A stretch of 64,000 bases of DNA, from the NCBI GenBank assembly GCA_963664435.2, contig CAXXKM010000002.1, forward strand, positions 608,001-672,000, written 5' to 3'. The translations under genes were made by a program, and so were the position numbers. How positions within the stretch are numbered: position 1 is the stretch's first letter; each line of letters begins with the position of its first letter. Below, piece by piece: positions 32,469 through 42,270 of this stretch. The stretch comes from Longimicrobiales bacterium (lineage in GTDB: Bacteria > Gemmatimonadota > Gemmatimonadetes > Longimicrobiales > Gaopeijiaceae). The notes under the pieces are model-generated. The model was given only the letters and a program-made list of their open reading frames with translations. It had not been told where the DNA came from and made no database searches.

Positions 32469-34987
32469 CAACCCACTCCCGCAGTCGCCGCGCCGGCGTG
32501 CGCCGATTCCCCTGGCGCGGCGGCGCGTCGCCGGGGCGGCTTCAACGACCTCGGGCCCCCGGCGTCCCGGATGGCCTTCCACACGTTCGGCGGCGAGAAG
32601 GGCAGACGGTCCATGCGAACTCCGGTTGCGTCGTAGATGGCGTTGGCGATCGCGGGGATCGAGGAATGGAGCGGGCCCTCGCCCGCCTCCTTGGCGCCGT
32701 AGGGCCCCTCCGGATCGATCGACTCGACGATCAGCGACTCGATTTCCGGGGTGTCCAGGCTCGTGGGGATGCGGTAGTCGAGGAGCGAGGGCGCGTTGTG
32801 GAGCCCGGCGCGCCCCTGCGAGGCCGTCTTGAAGATATGCTCCTCCATGAGCGCCTCGGCGAAGCCCATGTAGACGGACCCCTCCATCTGGCCTTCCACC
32901 AGCACGGGGTTCAGGGCGCGCCCGCAGTCGTGCGCCACCCAGATCCGGGCCACGTCCACGACCCCGGTCTCGACATCCACCTCGACCTCGGCCACATGGG
33001 CCGTGAAGGAGTACGCGGGCGACGCGCCGATGGTCCCGCCCCGGTAGTCGCCGTGATTGTCGCGCGGGGTGTTGTACCAGCCGGTGGCCCCCAGCGTGCC
33101 GAAGCGCGCCTCGGCCAGGTTGAACGCCTGCGCGATGGGCATCCGGCGCTCGGTGTCCGGCGCGTAATACGCCCATCCCCCGGCCAGTTGTACCTCGCCC
33201 GGACGACACTCCCAGTCCCCGGAGACGGCCTCCCGCACCTTTCGCCGCAGCTTCCGGGCGGCGTCGATGCAGGCGTTGCCGAGCATGAAGGTGATGCGCG
33301 ACGAATAGGCGCCCAGGTCCACCGGGGTGAAGTCGGTGTCGCCGGCCAGCACGCGCACGTACTCGAGCGGCACGCCCAGCTCCTCCGCGGTGATGTACGC
33401 GACCATGGAATCGCAGCCCTGCCCGATCTCCGAAGCGCCGCTCAGCACCGCCACCCGCCCCGACCTGTCCACCTGCAGCTGGATCGCCGACTGCGGCATC
33501 TCGTTGGGATAGACCGGGTAGTTGGTCCCGGAGATGTAGCACGATCCGGCCACCCCGAGTCCCCGTCCCCGGGGCAGCCGCCGGAAGCGTTCCCGCCAGC
33601 CGCTGGCCTTCTCCACCGCTTCCAGGCACTCCAGGAAGCCGTTCGAGGTGACGCGCAGCTCGTTGACCGTGCGCGTGTCGCTGCCCATGAAGTTGACGCG
33701 CCGGAGCTCGATGGGATCCATGCCCAGCCTCTCGGCCAGCTTGTCCAGCTGCACCTCGAAGGCGAAGCGCGGCTGCACCGAGCCGTGGCCGCGTTTGGGG
33801 CCGCACGCGGGCTTGTTTGTGTACACGCGCGTGGAATCGAACCGGTACGCGGGCATGGCGTAGGGCGCGGTGAGCAACTGGCCGGCGTAATACGTGGTCA
33901 CCAGCCCGAAGGACGCGTAGGCGCCTCCGTCCAGCACGACCTGCGCGTCCACCGCCTGCAGCCTGCCCTCTTCGTCGGCGCCCGTCCGGTACTTCATGTG
34001 GAAGGGATGCCGCCCGCGGTGGGCGTAGAACACCTCCTCGCGGGTGTACAGGATCTTGACCGGGCGCCCCGTCACCATGGCCAGGCGGGCGACGCAGAAC
34101 TCCAGGTCGAAGGGCTCGGACTTTCCGCCGAACGCCCCGCCCACGGGCGGCTGGACGACCCGGATGGTCGCGGGATCCAGCCCCAGCACCGAGGCCAGCT
34201 CGCGGTGCAGGTAGTGGGGGACCTGCGTGGCCGACCACACCGTCAAACGTCCGTTCTCGTCGTAGCGGCCGATGGCGCAGTGCGGCTCGATGGGCGTGTG
34301 GGTGGTGCCCTCGAAGAAGTACTCGCCCTCCACCACCACCTCCGCGCCCGCCATGCGCCCGTCCACCTCGCCGAAGCTGAGCTCCACGCGCTTGGTGACG
34401 TTGCCGTTCCGCCCCTCCCGGCGCGGCTCGTGGATGAAGGGACGCTCCTCGCTCCCGTCCGCCGCGAGCGCCTCCTCCGGATCCAGACAGGCCGGCAGTT
34501 CCTGGTAATCGACGCGGATGCGCGACAGCGCCCGGATGGCCGTGTCCTCGTCCACCGCCGCCACCGCGGCAACCCCGTCACCGATGTAGCGCACCCGCTC
34601 CACGCACAGCGGATATTCGTCGGGCGTCCAGGGAATGATGCCGTATCGGACCGGCATGTCCCGCCCGGTGATGACGGCGTGCACGCCCTCGAGCGCAAGC
34701 GCCCGGGAGGCATCGATGGAGAGGATGCGGGCGTGGGGATGCGGGCTCCGCAGAATCTTGCCGTGCAGCATGCCCGGGAGCGAGATGTCGTCGGTGTATG
34801 CCGCCTTGCCCGTGGCCTTGGCCAGGCCGTCCACTTTGCGCTGCGGCTTGCCGATCAGGCGGAAACCGGACCCGCCCCCCGAATCCGGCCTGGACCCGTT
34901 CCCCGAATCCGGCTCGGGTGCGTCTCTCGTTTCCGCCCACAGGGGAAGATCCGCCGGAGCCTGGCCACCTCCCCCGCTATCGCTCAT
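32468..34987 (-). CDS. Molybdopterin-binding subunit of a xanthine-dehydrogenase-family enzyme (HcrA-like)
   Basis: LRSPHPHA, GGAFGGK, PKRGHG, EIGQG, GAKEAGEG. Confidence 0.92.
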   Translation of the reverse strand: MSDSGGGGQAPADLPLWAETRDAPEPDSGNGSRPDSGGGSGFRLIGKPQRKVDGLAKATGKAAYTDDISLPGMLHGKILRSPHPHARILSIDASRALALEGVHAVITGRDMPVRYGIIPWTPDEYPLCVERVRYIGDGVAAVAAVDEDTAIRALSRIRVDYQELPACLDPEEALAADGSEERPFIHEPRREGRNGNVTKRVELSFGEVDGRMAGAEVVVEGEYFFEGTTHTPIEPHCAIGRYDENGRLTVWSATQVPHYLHRELASVLGLDPATIRVVQPPVGGAFGGKSEPFDLEFCVARLAMVTGRPVKILYTREEVFYAHRGRHPFHMKYRTGADEEGRLQAVDAQVVLDGGAYASFGLVTTYYAGQLLTAPYAMPAYRFDSTRVYTNKPACGPKRGHGSVQPRFAFEVQLDKLAERLGMDPIELRRVNFMGSDTRTVNELRVTSNGFLECLEAVEKASGWRERFRRLPRGRGLGVAGSCYISGTNYPVYPNEMPQSAIQLQVDRSGRVAVLSGASEIGQGCDSMVAYITAEELGVPLEYVRVLAGDTDFTPVDLGAYSSRITFMLGNACIDAARKLRRKVREAVSGDWECRPGEVQLAGGWAYYAPDTERRMPIAQAFNLAEARFGTLGATGWYNTPRDNHGDYRGGTIGASPAYSFTAHVAEVEVDVETGVVDVARIWVAHDCGRALNPVLVEGQMEGSVYMGFAEALMEEHIFKTASQGRAGLHNAPSLLDYRIPTSLDTPEIESLIVESIDPEGPYGAKEAGEGPLHSSIPAIANAIYDATGVRMDRLPFSPPNVWKAIRDAGGPRSLKPPRRRAAAPGESAHAGAATAGVG

Positions 34988-35493
34988 TCGCCGGTCTCCA
35001 CTCCGCCGGTCTCCGTTCGCAACACCGCGGCCGCCGACTCGACGGCATCGTAGATCTTGGTGTAGCCGGTGCAGCGGCAGAGATTGCCGGCGAGCGCCTC
35101 CCGGATCTCCGTCCGGCTCGGGGAATCGTTGCGCTCCAGGAGGGCGACCGCCGAGCACAGGATGCCGGGCGTGCAGAACCCGCACTGCGCCGCTCCGTTG
35201 AGGTCGAAGGCGTCCTGCACCGGATGCGGCCGCCCCGCGCCGGCGAGCCCTTCGACGGTGCGAATCTCGCGCCCTTCCGCCTCGAGAACCGGGGTGATGC
35301 AGGACAGCTGAGGCTCTCCATCGAGGATGACCGTGCATGCCCCGCAGTCGCCCTTGTCGCAGCCCTGCTTGGAGCCGGTGAGCCCGATGACGTAGCGAAG
35401 CGTCTCCAGCAGCGTGTAGTGCGACGGGACGCCCGGTGCGTAGTCGTCTCCGTTTACGCGCAGGTGAACGATGTAGGTCGTGGCCTTCGCCAT
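34984..35493 (-). CDS. [2Fe-2S] subunit of a xanthine-dehydrogenase-family enzyme (HcrC-like)
   Basis: GCDKGDCGAC, QCGFCTPG, NLCRCTGY. Confidence 0.95.
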   Translation of the reverse strand: MAKATTYIVHLRVNGDDYAPGVPSHYTLLETLRYVIGLTGSKQGCDKGDCGACTVILDGEPQLSCITPVLEAEGREIRTVEGLAGAGRPHPVQDAFDLNGAAQCGFCTPGILCSAVALLERNDSPSRTEIREALAGNLCRCTGYTKIYDAVESAAAVLRTETGGVETGE

Positions 35494-35735
35494 GCGAGTC
35501 CGTCAGCCTCCTGCTTCTTCCGGGCCGCATCGAGCGCCCCGCGGCGCGCTCCGATCGGGGTCGCCCGTCGGACAACGCGCGACCGCCATGCACGAAGTAG
35601 TACCAGGACTTGAGGCGACAGTTCGCTCCTCGTTACTTTCCGCCCATTGGGATGCCCCGGCGGCGATCCGGTAACCGCCATCGCCGACTCCGTGTCCCGT
35701 TCCCCGTTGTCCCCCGCGATCGGAGTGATTTCGCG

Positions 35736-36155
35736 ATGCCATACCCGGAGATGATCGTCGCCCCCATGCGCGCGGAACTCGTCCGCATGGGTTTTCAGGA
35801 GCTGCGCACGCCCGACCAGGTCGATGCGCTCGTTGACGGTGAAGACCGCACCCTGCTGCTGGTCGTGAACTCGATCTGCGGTTGCGCGGCGGGAGCGATG
35901 CGGCCCGGCGTCGCCCTGGCGCTGGAGCACAAGAATCGCCCCGAGATCCTGACCACGGTTTTCGCGGGTCAGGACATGGACGCCACGGCGAAGGCCCGCG
36001 AGTACATCGCCGGCTACCCGCCGTCGTCCCCCTCGGTCGCGCTGTTCAAGGACGGCGAGCTCGTGTACATGATGGAACGCCACCAGATCGAGGGGCATTC
36101 GGCCTACCAGATCGCCGCCGACCTGGGCAGCGCCTTCGACGAGCACTGCGCCTAG
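35736..36155 (+). CDS. BrxA/BrxB family bacilliredoxin
   Basis: MPYPE..VAPMRAEL, VNSICGCAAG (CGC motif), PSSPSVALFKDG, RHQIEG. Confidence 0.9.
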   Translation: MPYPEMIVAPMRAELVRMGFQELRTPDQVDALVDGEDRTLLLVVNSICGCAAGAMRPGVALALEHKNRPEILTTVFAGQDMDATAKAREYIAGYPPSSPSVALFKDGELVYMMERHQIEGHSAYQIAADLGSAFDEHCA

Positions 36156-36213
36156 CTCCTGCTGCACGGCCATCGCCCGGCTGACGGGCGGCCTGCGCCT
36201 CAGGGGCGACCCT

Positions 36214-37125
36214 TCAGAGGATCGTCTGTCCCAGCGCGGAGGCGATCAGCCCCACCGCCATTTGCGCGGTGCGGTTGCGGGCATCCAGCACGGGGTTGAG
36301 CTCCACCACCTCCAGGCTGAGCAGCCGTCCCGACCGGGCCACCTTCTCGCAGATCAGGTGTCCTTCGCGGAAGGTCAGCCCGCCGGCCACGGGCGTGCCC
36401 ACCCCGGGCGCGATCATGGGATCGAGGCTGTCCAGGTCGTAGGACAGGTGGAATCCGGCGGTGCCCGCGCCGGCTCTGGCGATCGCCTCGTCGACACAGG
36501 GGGCGATGCCGCGCTCGTCGACTTCCGACATGGTGAACACGCGCACGCCGGATGAGATGACGACCTCCCGTTCGGCGGCGTCGATTTCGCGCACGCCGAT
36601 CATGCTCACGTTCTCCGGCCGCACCGCCGGGTGTCTGTCCGCCAGCGACCGCAGGACCTGCGGCCCGTGGCCCGTGAGCACCGCCAGCGGCATCCCGTGC
36701 ACGTTGCCGGAGGGACTGGTCCCGGGCGTGTTCATGTCCGAGTGCGCATCGACCCAGATGAGCCCGACCCTCTCCCGGCTGCGCCCGTAGAAGCGGCTCA
36801 CCCCCGCCACGGATCCGATGGCGATGCTGTGGTCACCGCCCAGCACGAGGGGCATGCATCCCCGCACCAGCGCATCCTCGACCATGTCCCGCGCGCGGCG
36901 GCATACGGACTCGATTTCGGGCAGATAGCGCGCGTGCAGGTCCTGCTGGTCGGACCGTTCGGGATCGGTCGCCACCACCGTTCCCATCTCGCGAATGCGG
37001 TAGTCCAGCCCTTCCAGCATGTTCCGCAGGCCGGCGATACGGATCGCGGACGGTCCCATGTCCACGCCGCGCCGCCCGGCGCCGAGGTCCATCTGCACCG
37101 ACACCAGCGCCAGCTCCTTCACCAT
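36214..37125 (-). CDS. rocF: Arginase
   Basis: GVDMGPSAIR, GGDHSIA, DAHSD, SGNVHGMP, SYDLDSLDP. Confidence 0.95.
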   Translation of the reverse strand: MVKELALVSVQMDLGAGRRGVDMGPSAIRIAGLRNMLEGLDYRIREMGTVVATDPERSDQQDLHARYLPEIESVCRRARDMVEDALVRGCMPLVLGGDHSIAIGSVAGVSRFYGRSRERVGLIWVDAHSDMNTPGTSPSGNVHGMPLAVLTGHGPQVLRSLADRHPAVRPENVSMIGVREIDAAEREVVISSGVRVFTMSEVDERGIAPCVDEAIARAGAGTAGFHLSYDLDSLDPMIAPGVGTPVAGGLTFREGHLICEKVARSGRLLSLEVVELNPVLDARNRTAQMAVGLIASALGQTIL

Positions 37126-37832
37126 CCGCGGAGCTCCTTTCGGCGCGCCTTCCGCGCCAGCTTGCGGCGGCGGGCCGCGTCCTTCGCCCTTTCGCCGGGC
37201 AGCCGCGTGCTGACGTCAACGCCACCCATCAGCGCCACCCCGTTGACCCGCAACACGGGAGATCCCGGATCCAGGGAGGCCGCTGACGCATCCGCGAGCT
37301 CGTCGGGCGTCCGTTCAAACCCTCCCAGGATGCCCGCGCCGCTGCATTCGACCTGAAGGCCCGGCGGAACGATGATGTCCACGCCGCCCCACATGGCAAA
37401 CGCGGTCACCTCGGTGACGCCCGGCCCGAACTCGGCCTCCCGAAAGTCGAGTTCCACTCCTCCCATCAGCGCGAACGCGTACATCTCGCGGGGCGCAACC
37501 CAGGAGCCACCCCGCGTGCTGCCGCCCAGAACGCCCGCCAGGAACTGCCGGGAAGGCACCCTCTCCGGAGGAACCACCTTCGGGGGGAGCTTCGGGCGCG
37601 GGAGGATCGCCGCCTCGCGGCCGCCCCGGTCCGGCTGAGGGAGCGTGCCGGGGATATCGGCCACCAGCGACGCGAGCTGACGAGCCGTGGTCGCCTGGTG
37701 CGCGAGATCGAGACGGCGCTCGAAGTCGTCCATCGACAGGCGATCCTCGGCGAAACGCTCGCACAGTCGGTCGATGGTGGCCTGGCGCACCTCGCTCAGC
37801 CCCCTGCCACCGGCCTGTGGGTCGCTCTTCAT
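37119..37832 (-). CDS. DUF1707 (SHOCT-like) plus LiaF-like C-terminal domain protein
   Basis: RQATIDRL..FAEDRLSMDDFERRL; MGGVELDFREA, MWGGVDIIVPPG. Confidence 0.78.
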   Translation of the reverse strand: MKSDPQAGGRGLSEVRQATIDRLCERFAEDRLSMDDFERRLDLAHQATTARQLASLVADIPGTLPQPDRGGREAAILPRPKLPPKVVPPERVPSRQFLAGVLGGSTRGGSWVAPREMYAFALMGGVELDFREAEFGPGVTEVTAFAMWGGVDIIVPPGLQVECSGAGILGGFERTPDELADASAASLDPGSPVLRVNGVALMGGVDVSTRLPGERAKDAARRRKLARKARRKELRGW

Positions 37833-39008
37833 CTACCTCCCTCCGGACAGAAATCCCCGGCCGAAGTCTTCCAGCACGCGCGCGCACGTCTCGATCTCGT
37901 CGACCGCGATCCATTCGTCGGCGGAGTGCGCCTGAGCAATCGAGCCGGGACCGAAACATACGGCCGGCGTCCCCGACTGGTTCAGAAAGGCGGCGTCGAC
38001 CCAGGCGGTCATGCCCTCGATGGCCGGGTCCCCTCCGCGGCCAGCGATCGCCTTGAGCAATCCCTGCACCAGGGGTGACGCCTCCGGCACCTCGGTGCCC
38101 GGTCGCTCCAGCGTCATCCTCAGGGCGGCGCCTGCCCGTGCCTGCTCTCCCAGCCCCGCCACCACGGCCGCGAGCTCCCCCATCACGGTTTCGGGCGACT
38201 CACGGGGAAGGGTTCGCCGCTCCACCACGACCTCGCAGTGCTCCGGGTAGACCGACGGGGCGGCTCCCCCGGAGATGGTTCCCGCGTGAATCGACCCCCA
38301 GCCCAGCAGAGGATGCGGCGCCCGCTCGAACAGGCTCTCCTCGTATTCCGCCATGGCGACGAGAAACTCGGCGGCGTGCAGAATCGCGTCCATCCCCTGA
38401 TCGGGCCGCGAGCCGTGCGCGGCGCGGCCCGAGAAGCCGGCCTCGACCCAGACGAACCCCTTGTGGGCGGGCATGACCGCGAGCCCGGTAGGCTCGCATA
38501 CCACGGCGGCGTCGGCCCGCACTCCCGATTCGGTGAGCCCGGCCATTCCGGTGCTCGCGTGCTCCTCGTCGGCGGTCAGCGCGACGATGAGTTCATTCGG
38601 CGGACCCCACCGCGCCAGCGCGGCCGCGGCGCTCAACAGGGCCGCCACTCCGCCCTTCATGTCGCACGACCCGCGACCCCACAGGCGTCCGTCCCGAACT
38701 TCCGCGCCGAACGGATCGATGGTCATGCCCGCGACACCCACGGTATCCAGGTGCCCGTTGAACATCAGGCTCCGAGATCCCTCGCCAATGCGCCCGACCA
38801 CGTTGGGGCGGCCCCGCTCGGGTTCCGTCAGCGAAACATCGAATCCCCAGCCTTCGAGCAACTCGGCCGAGCGGGCGGCGATCTCCGCTTCACCGTTCCC
38901 CGAGGCCTCGATCCGCGGATTGACGGACGGCACGGCCACCAGGAGTCGCGCCAGCGCGAGTGCGTCGCCCTCCCGCGCTCGGCTGCGGACGTTCTTCTGC
39001 GGGGTCAT
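37833..39008 (-). CDS. ArgE/DapE family deacylase (M20)
   Basis: FNGHLDTV, GRGSCDMKGG, ADEE, GPGSIAQAHSADE. Confidence 0.93.
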   Translation of the reverse strand: MTPQKNVRSRAREGDALALARLLVAVPSVNPRIEASGNGEAEIAARSAELLEGWGFDVSLTEPERGRPNVVGRIGEGSRSLMFNGHLDTVGVAGMTIDPFGAEVRDGRLWGRGSCDMKGGVAALLSAAAALARWGPPNELIVALTADEEHASTGMAGLTESGVRADAAVVCEPTGLAVMPAHKGFVWVEAGFSGRAAHGSRPDQGMDAILHAAEFLVAMAEYEESLFERAPHPLLGWGSIHAGTISGGAAPSVYPEHCEVVVERRTLPRESPETVMGELAAVVAGLGEQARAGAALRMTLERPGTEVPEASPLVQGLLKAIAGRGGDPAIEGMTAWVDAAFLNQSGTPAVCFGPGSIAQAHSADEWIAVDEIETCARVLEDFGRGFLSGGR

Positions 39009-39218
39009 CGCGGAGTCCCGTCCAGGGCCGGATCGTGAGCCCCGATGGCATCAGTTTTCAGTGGCTCCGGCCTGATCATTCCCGGTTTTCCGTTTCCAGG
39101 CGTCCGCCCCGATTCGCGACAGCGCGCCCGAGGCACGGGAATTGCTGTCTCCGAGCCGGGTTTGGGGCTCACGGTCGGCGGGGCACGGTTCCTGCTGTAG
39201 AATGGCGGCGAAGGCTGG

Positions 39219-39401
39219 TTGGAAAAATGGGATCTGCGACCTGGGGAGGGGATCATCCGAGTCTTTACCGTTGGCCTGCTGGGTGCCGCTGCCGTGGCTA
39301 CCCTTATCCTCGTCGGCACCCGGACCCGCCACCGCACGCGGGCTCGGGATGCCTACCGGCGAGCGCTTACCCCGGAGCAGGTGCGGGAACTGGGCATCTG
39401 A
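39219..39401 (+). CDS. Possible small single-TM protein
   Basis: Hydrophobic stretch followed by a basic tail; upstream TAGAAT; start uncertain. Confidence 0.4.
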   Translation: MEKWDLRPGEGIIRVFTVGLLGAAAVATLILVGTRTRHRTRARDAYRRALTPEQVRELGI

Positions 39402-39490
39402 TCACCTGACGCCCCGATTCCCCGGCGCGTTCCGCTGGTGCGCCCGCAGGGAGGGGTGAGGGTTCGGCACGGATCGGCCGTCCGGCGCGA

Positions 39491-39724
39491 TCAGCCGAAG
39501 TGGTCCTTGTTTTTCTCGATGTAGTTCGTCCACTCCTCCGGGACATCCGTGTCCGGGAAGATGGCCTGTACCGGGCACTCGGGCTCACACGCTCCGCAAT
39601 CGATGCACTCATCCGGATGGATGAGATACTGATCGTCGGTTTCGTAGATGCAGTCCACTGGACACACCTCGACGCAACTGGCGTCCTTGGTCCCGATGCA
39701 CGGCTCCGTGATGATGTATGTCAT
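39491..39724 (-). CDS. 7Fe ([3Fe-4S]/[4Fe-4S]) ferredoxin
   Basis: [40 protein letters not shown]. Confidence 0.95.
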   Translation of the reverse strand: MTYIITEPCIGTKDASCVEVCPVDCIYETDDQYLIHPDECIDCGACEPECPVQAIFPDTDVPEEWTNYIEKNKDHFG

Positions 39725-39920
39725 GGTCCCTCCTGAGACTCGGAGTGCCCCCGGGCATGGCGCATTGCCGCTCTCTCCCCGCGGACCCGCCGAGCGTGGT
39801 TCCGGCTCGATATCGCGCTAAATGATGCAGGAAGCCGATAGGGGTTGCAAGGACCACGCCCCTCGCCGGGGCCGCGCTTGCGCCCGGCTGTTGCGTCATG
39901 ACCTCACGCGCCGGAGCGGC

Positions 39921-40472
39921 TCACTTCTCCCAGGTCTCGTCCGACACGCCGGCAGCGTGGTTCTCGAGCCGCGCCAGCACGAAGAGGAGGTCCGACAGCC
40001 GATTGAGGTACGGGAGGATTCCCTCGTCGACGGCTTCCGCCGCGGCGAGCGACACGGCGACCCGCTCGGCCCGCCGGCACACGGAGCGGGCGAGGTGCAG
40101 CGTCGCGGCGGCCGGGGCGCCGCCCGGCAGGATGAAGTTGCGCAGCGGGGGCAGGTCGGCGTCCGCTTCGTCCATCCATGCCTCCATCTCGCCGATCCGG
40201 TCGACCGGCAGCTCCGGCACCGGCGGCCGTTTGCGTCCTTCCGCGGCCGGCGCAAGGGCCAGGGAGGCGCCGATGGCGAAAAGGTCCCGCTGGATCCGGA
40301 CCAGCCGGGCGGCGGTGGCCGGAACCCCGGTCTGGCCGCGGGCGAGCCCGAGGCACGAGCTGAGTTCGTCCACCGTGCCGTACGCGTGCAGGCGCGGATG
40401 ATCCTTGGCGACCCGGCCGCCCCCCAGCAGGCCGGTGTCTCCCTCGTCCCCTCGTCTGGTATAGATCTTCAT
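39921..40472 (-). CDS. ATP:cob(I)alamin adenosyltransferase (PduO type)
   Basis: MKIYTRRGDEG, YGTVDEL, FILPGG, RRAER, YLNRLSDLLF. Confidence 0.95.
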   Translation of the reverse strand: MKIYTRRGDEGDTGLLGGGRVAKDHPRLHAYGTVDELSSCLGLARGQTGVPATAARLVRIQRDLFAIGASLALAPAAEGRKRPPVPELPVDRIGEMEAWMDEADADLPPLRNFILPGGAPAAATLHLARSVCRRAERVAVSLAAAEAVDEGILPYLNRLSDLLFVLARLENHAAGVSDETWEK

Positions 40473-40625
40473 GGGACTTGTGCCGGTGACTGGACAAGGC
40501 ATGATTCGACGCGCTCGCACCGGAGGTCCGTGCACCACGCCGCCCGCATCCACGGCAGAGTATAATACCGGTGCGCGACCCCTGCTCCGGGCAGAGTGCC
40601 GGGAGCCGCACTCCGGGAGGGAGAT

Positions 40626-41219
40626 GTGACGATCGCCGAGCTTGGCGGCCAGCCCGACGCCGTTCGCGAACAGGCAGCGGCGCTGCTCGTGGACGGCTTC
40701 GACGAACATCCGCGGGGATGGCCGCACCTGGAATCCGCCACGGAGGAGGTTGCGCAAGTCATCCGCCAGGGCTTCGCCTTCGCCGCCCTCGCGGATACAC
40801 GCCTTCTGGGGTGGATCGGGGGTCTGCCGGAATACGAGGGCCGCGTGTGGGAGCTGCACCCGCTCGTCGTACGGCTGGAGCACCGTCTTCGCGGGGTCGG
40901 GAGGGCGCTCGTAGCCGCCTTCGAGGATGAGGCGCGGCGGCGCGGCGCCCTGACGTTCACCCTCGGCACGGATGACGACGGTGGCCAGACCTCGCTCGCC
41001 GGGGTGGACCTCTACGAGGATGTTCCGCGTCATATCGCCGAACTGCGGGACCTGGGCAGCCGGCACCCGTTTCTCTTCTATCGCCGCCTGGGCTACGTGG
41101 TCACGGGGTGCATGCCGGACGCCAACGGCCCGGGCCGGCCCGACATCTACATGTCCAAGCCCGCCCGGCGGGACGGCGGACGTCAGCGGCCCCGGAGCGA
41201 ACGCCCCGCGGAACGGTGA
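40626..41219 (+). CDS. GNAT acetyltransferase resembling aminoglycoside 6'-N-acetyltransferase type I
   Basis: WELHPLVV, GVGRALV, LGTDD..QTSL..DLY, HPF.FY..LGY, PDANGPGRPDI. Confidence 0.82.
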   Translation: MTIAELGGQPDAVREQAAALLVDGFDEHPRGWPHLESATEEVAQVIRQGFAFAALADTRLLGWIGGLPEYEGRVWELHPLVVRLEHRLRGVGRALVAAFEDEARRRGALTFTLGTDDDGGQTSLAGVDLYEDVPRHIAELRDLGSRHPFLFYRRLGYVVTGCMPDANGPGRPDIYMSKPARRDGGRQRPRSERPAER

Positions 41220-41252
41220 AGCGTCCTTCCGTTGCGGGACGACCGCAGCCGG

Positions 41253-41504
41253 CTACCTGAGCTTGACGGCCCTCCTTAGGACCTTCGCCTTGTCGATCAG
41301 GCTCGTGGCCTTGTCCACGGCGCCCTCGGCTTCGGGGAGGAGCAGGTCGCGGATGTCGAGCAGCGTTTCCAGGTAGAGCTGGTCGCGCTGGAAGGCGAAG
41401 TCCAGCCGATCCATCTCGGCACGGTCGTTCTCGCGTTCGGCCTTCCCGAAGGCGCTCGTGTAGATGGCCTCCAGGTTGCCCACGATGCGGCTGCGATCTC
41501 TCAT
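41253..41504 (-). CDS. Hypothetical helical protein (83 aa)
   Basis: ATGA overlap with the upstream hydrolase gene; typical codon bias. Confidence 0.75.
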   Translation of the reverse strand: MRDRSRIVGNLEAIYTSAFGKAERENDRAEMDRLDFAFQRDQLYLETLLDIRDLLLPEAEGAVDKATSLIDKAKVLRRAVKLR

Positions 41505-42199
41505 CCTGTCTCGACCCGCTTCCGTTCCAGTGCCCGGGCGACCGCCGGCCGGGTGAGAAACTCCCGTATGCCGCGGCGCAGTTCGTCGAAGTGCCCGTGA
41601 AAGTAGTGGTCCGCTCCCGGGATGACGACCGCTTCCACCGGATTCCCCAGCTTGCGGGCGAATTCCGCGGCACGGGCGCCCGAACCGAACTCGTCGCGTT
41701 CGCCCTGAACGATGAGCACCGGGCAGCGCGCATCCGCCAGGAAGCCGTAGTCGTGGACGTCGAAGGCGAGCCCCACGCCCACCATGGCCGCGACGCGCGC
41801 GTGGCCGGCACCCGCCCTCAGCGCGACCAGCGACCCGAACGAGAATCCACCGGCCACCAGCGGCAGGCCCGGAAAGAGACGCTCGACGTGCCGCAGCGCC
41901 GCGCGCGCGTCCTCGGTCTCGCCGAGTCCCCCGTCGTAGGAGCCGGTGCTGCGCCCCACGCCGCGAAAGTTGAAGCGGAGCGCCGCCAGCCCGGCTTCGG
42001 TCATGGCCTGGGCGGCGCGGTACACGGCCTTGGTGTGCATCGTGCCCCCGTGCAGGGGATGCGGGTGGCACATGACCGCGGCCGCGCGCGGAGCTTCCCG
42101 CGGCTGGCGCAGCACAGCCTCCAGCAGGCCGTGCGAGACGGGTATCGGGAGGAAGCCTCCCGTCGATGGAGGGGGCATGGGGAACCGGTTCGTTCGCAT
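41501..42199 (-). CDS. Alpha/beta hydrolase
   Basis: CHPHPLHGGTM, RFNFRGVG, GFSFG, GADHYF. Confidence 0.9.
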   Translation of the reverse strand: MRTNRFPMPPPSTGGFLPIPVSHGLLEAVLRQPREAPRAAAVMCHPHPLHGGTMHTKAVYRAAQAMTEAGLAALRFNFRGVGRSTGSYDGGLGETEDARAALRHVERLFPGLPLVAGGFSFGSLVALRAGAGHARVAAMVGVGLAFDVHDYGFLADARCPVLIVQGERDEFGSGARAAEFARKLGNPVEAVVIPGADHYFHGHFDELRRGIREFLTRPAVARALERKRVETG

Positions 42200-42270
42200 G
42201 TCGATCAGGGCGGGGCTATTCTGTCCGCCTGCCGAGAGCCGGGTCAAGGGCAGCCGGAGGACCAGGATCG

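Noticed and set aside
31524..34238. 904-aa ORF suggesting a large DUF1460 fusion
   Set aside because: The first ~590 codons are an off-frame read of the Mo-subunit gene; the real start with a lipoprotein signal is at 32468.
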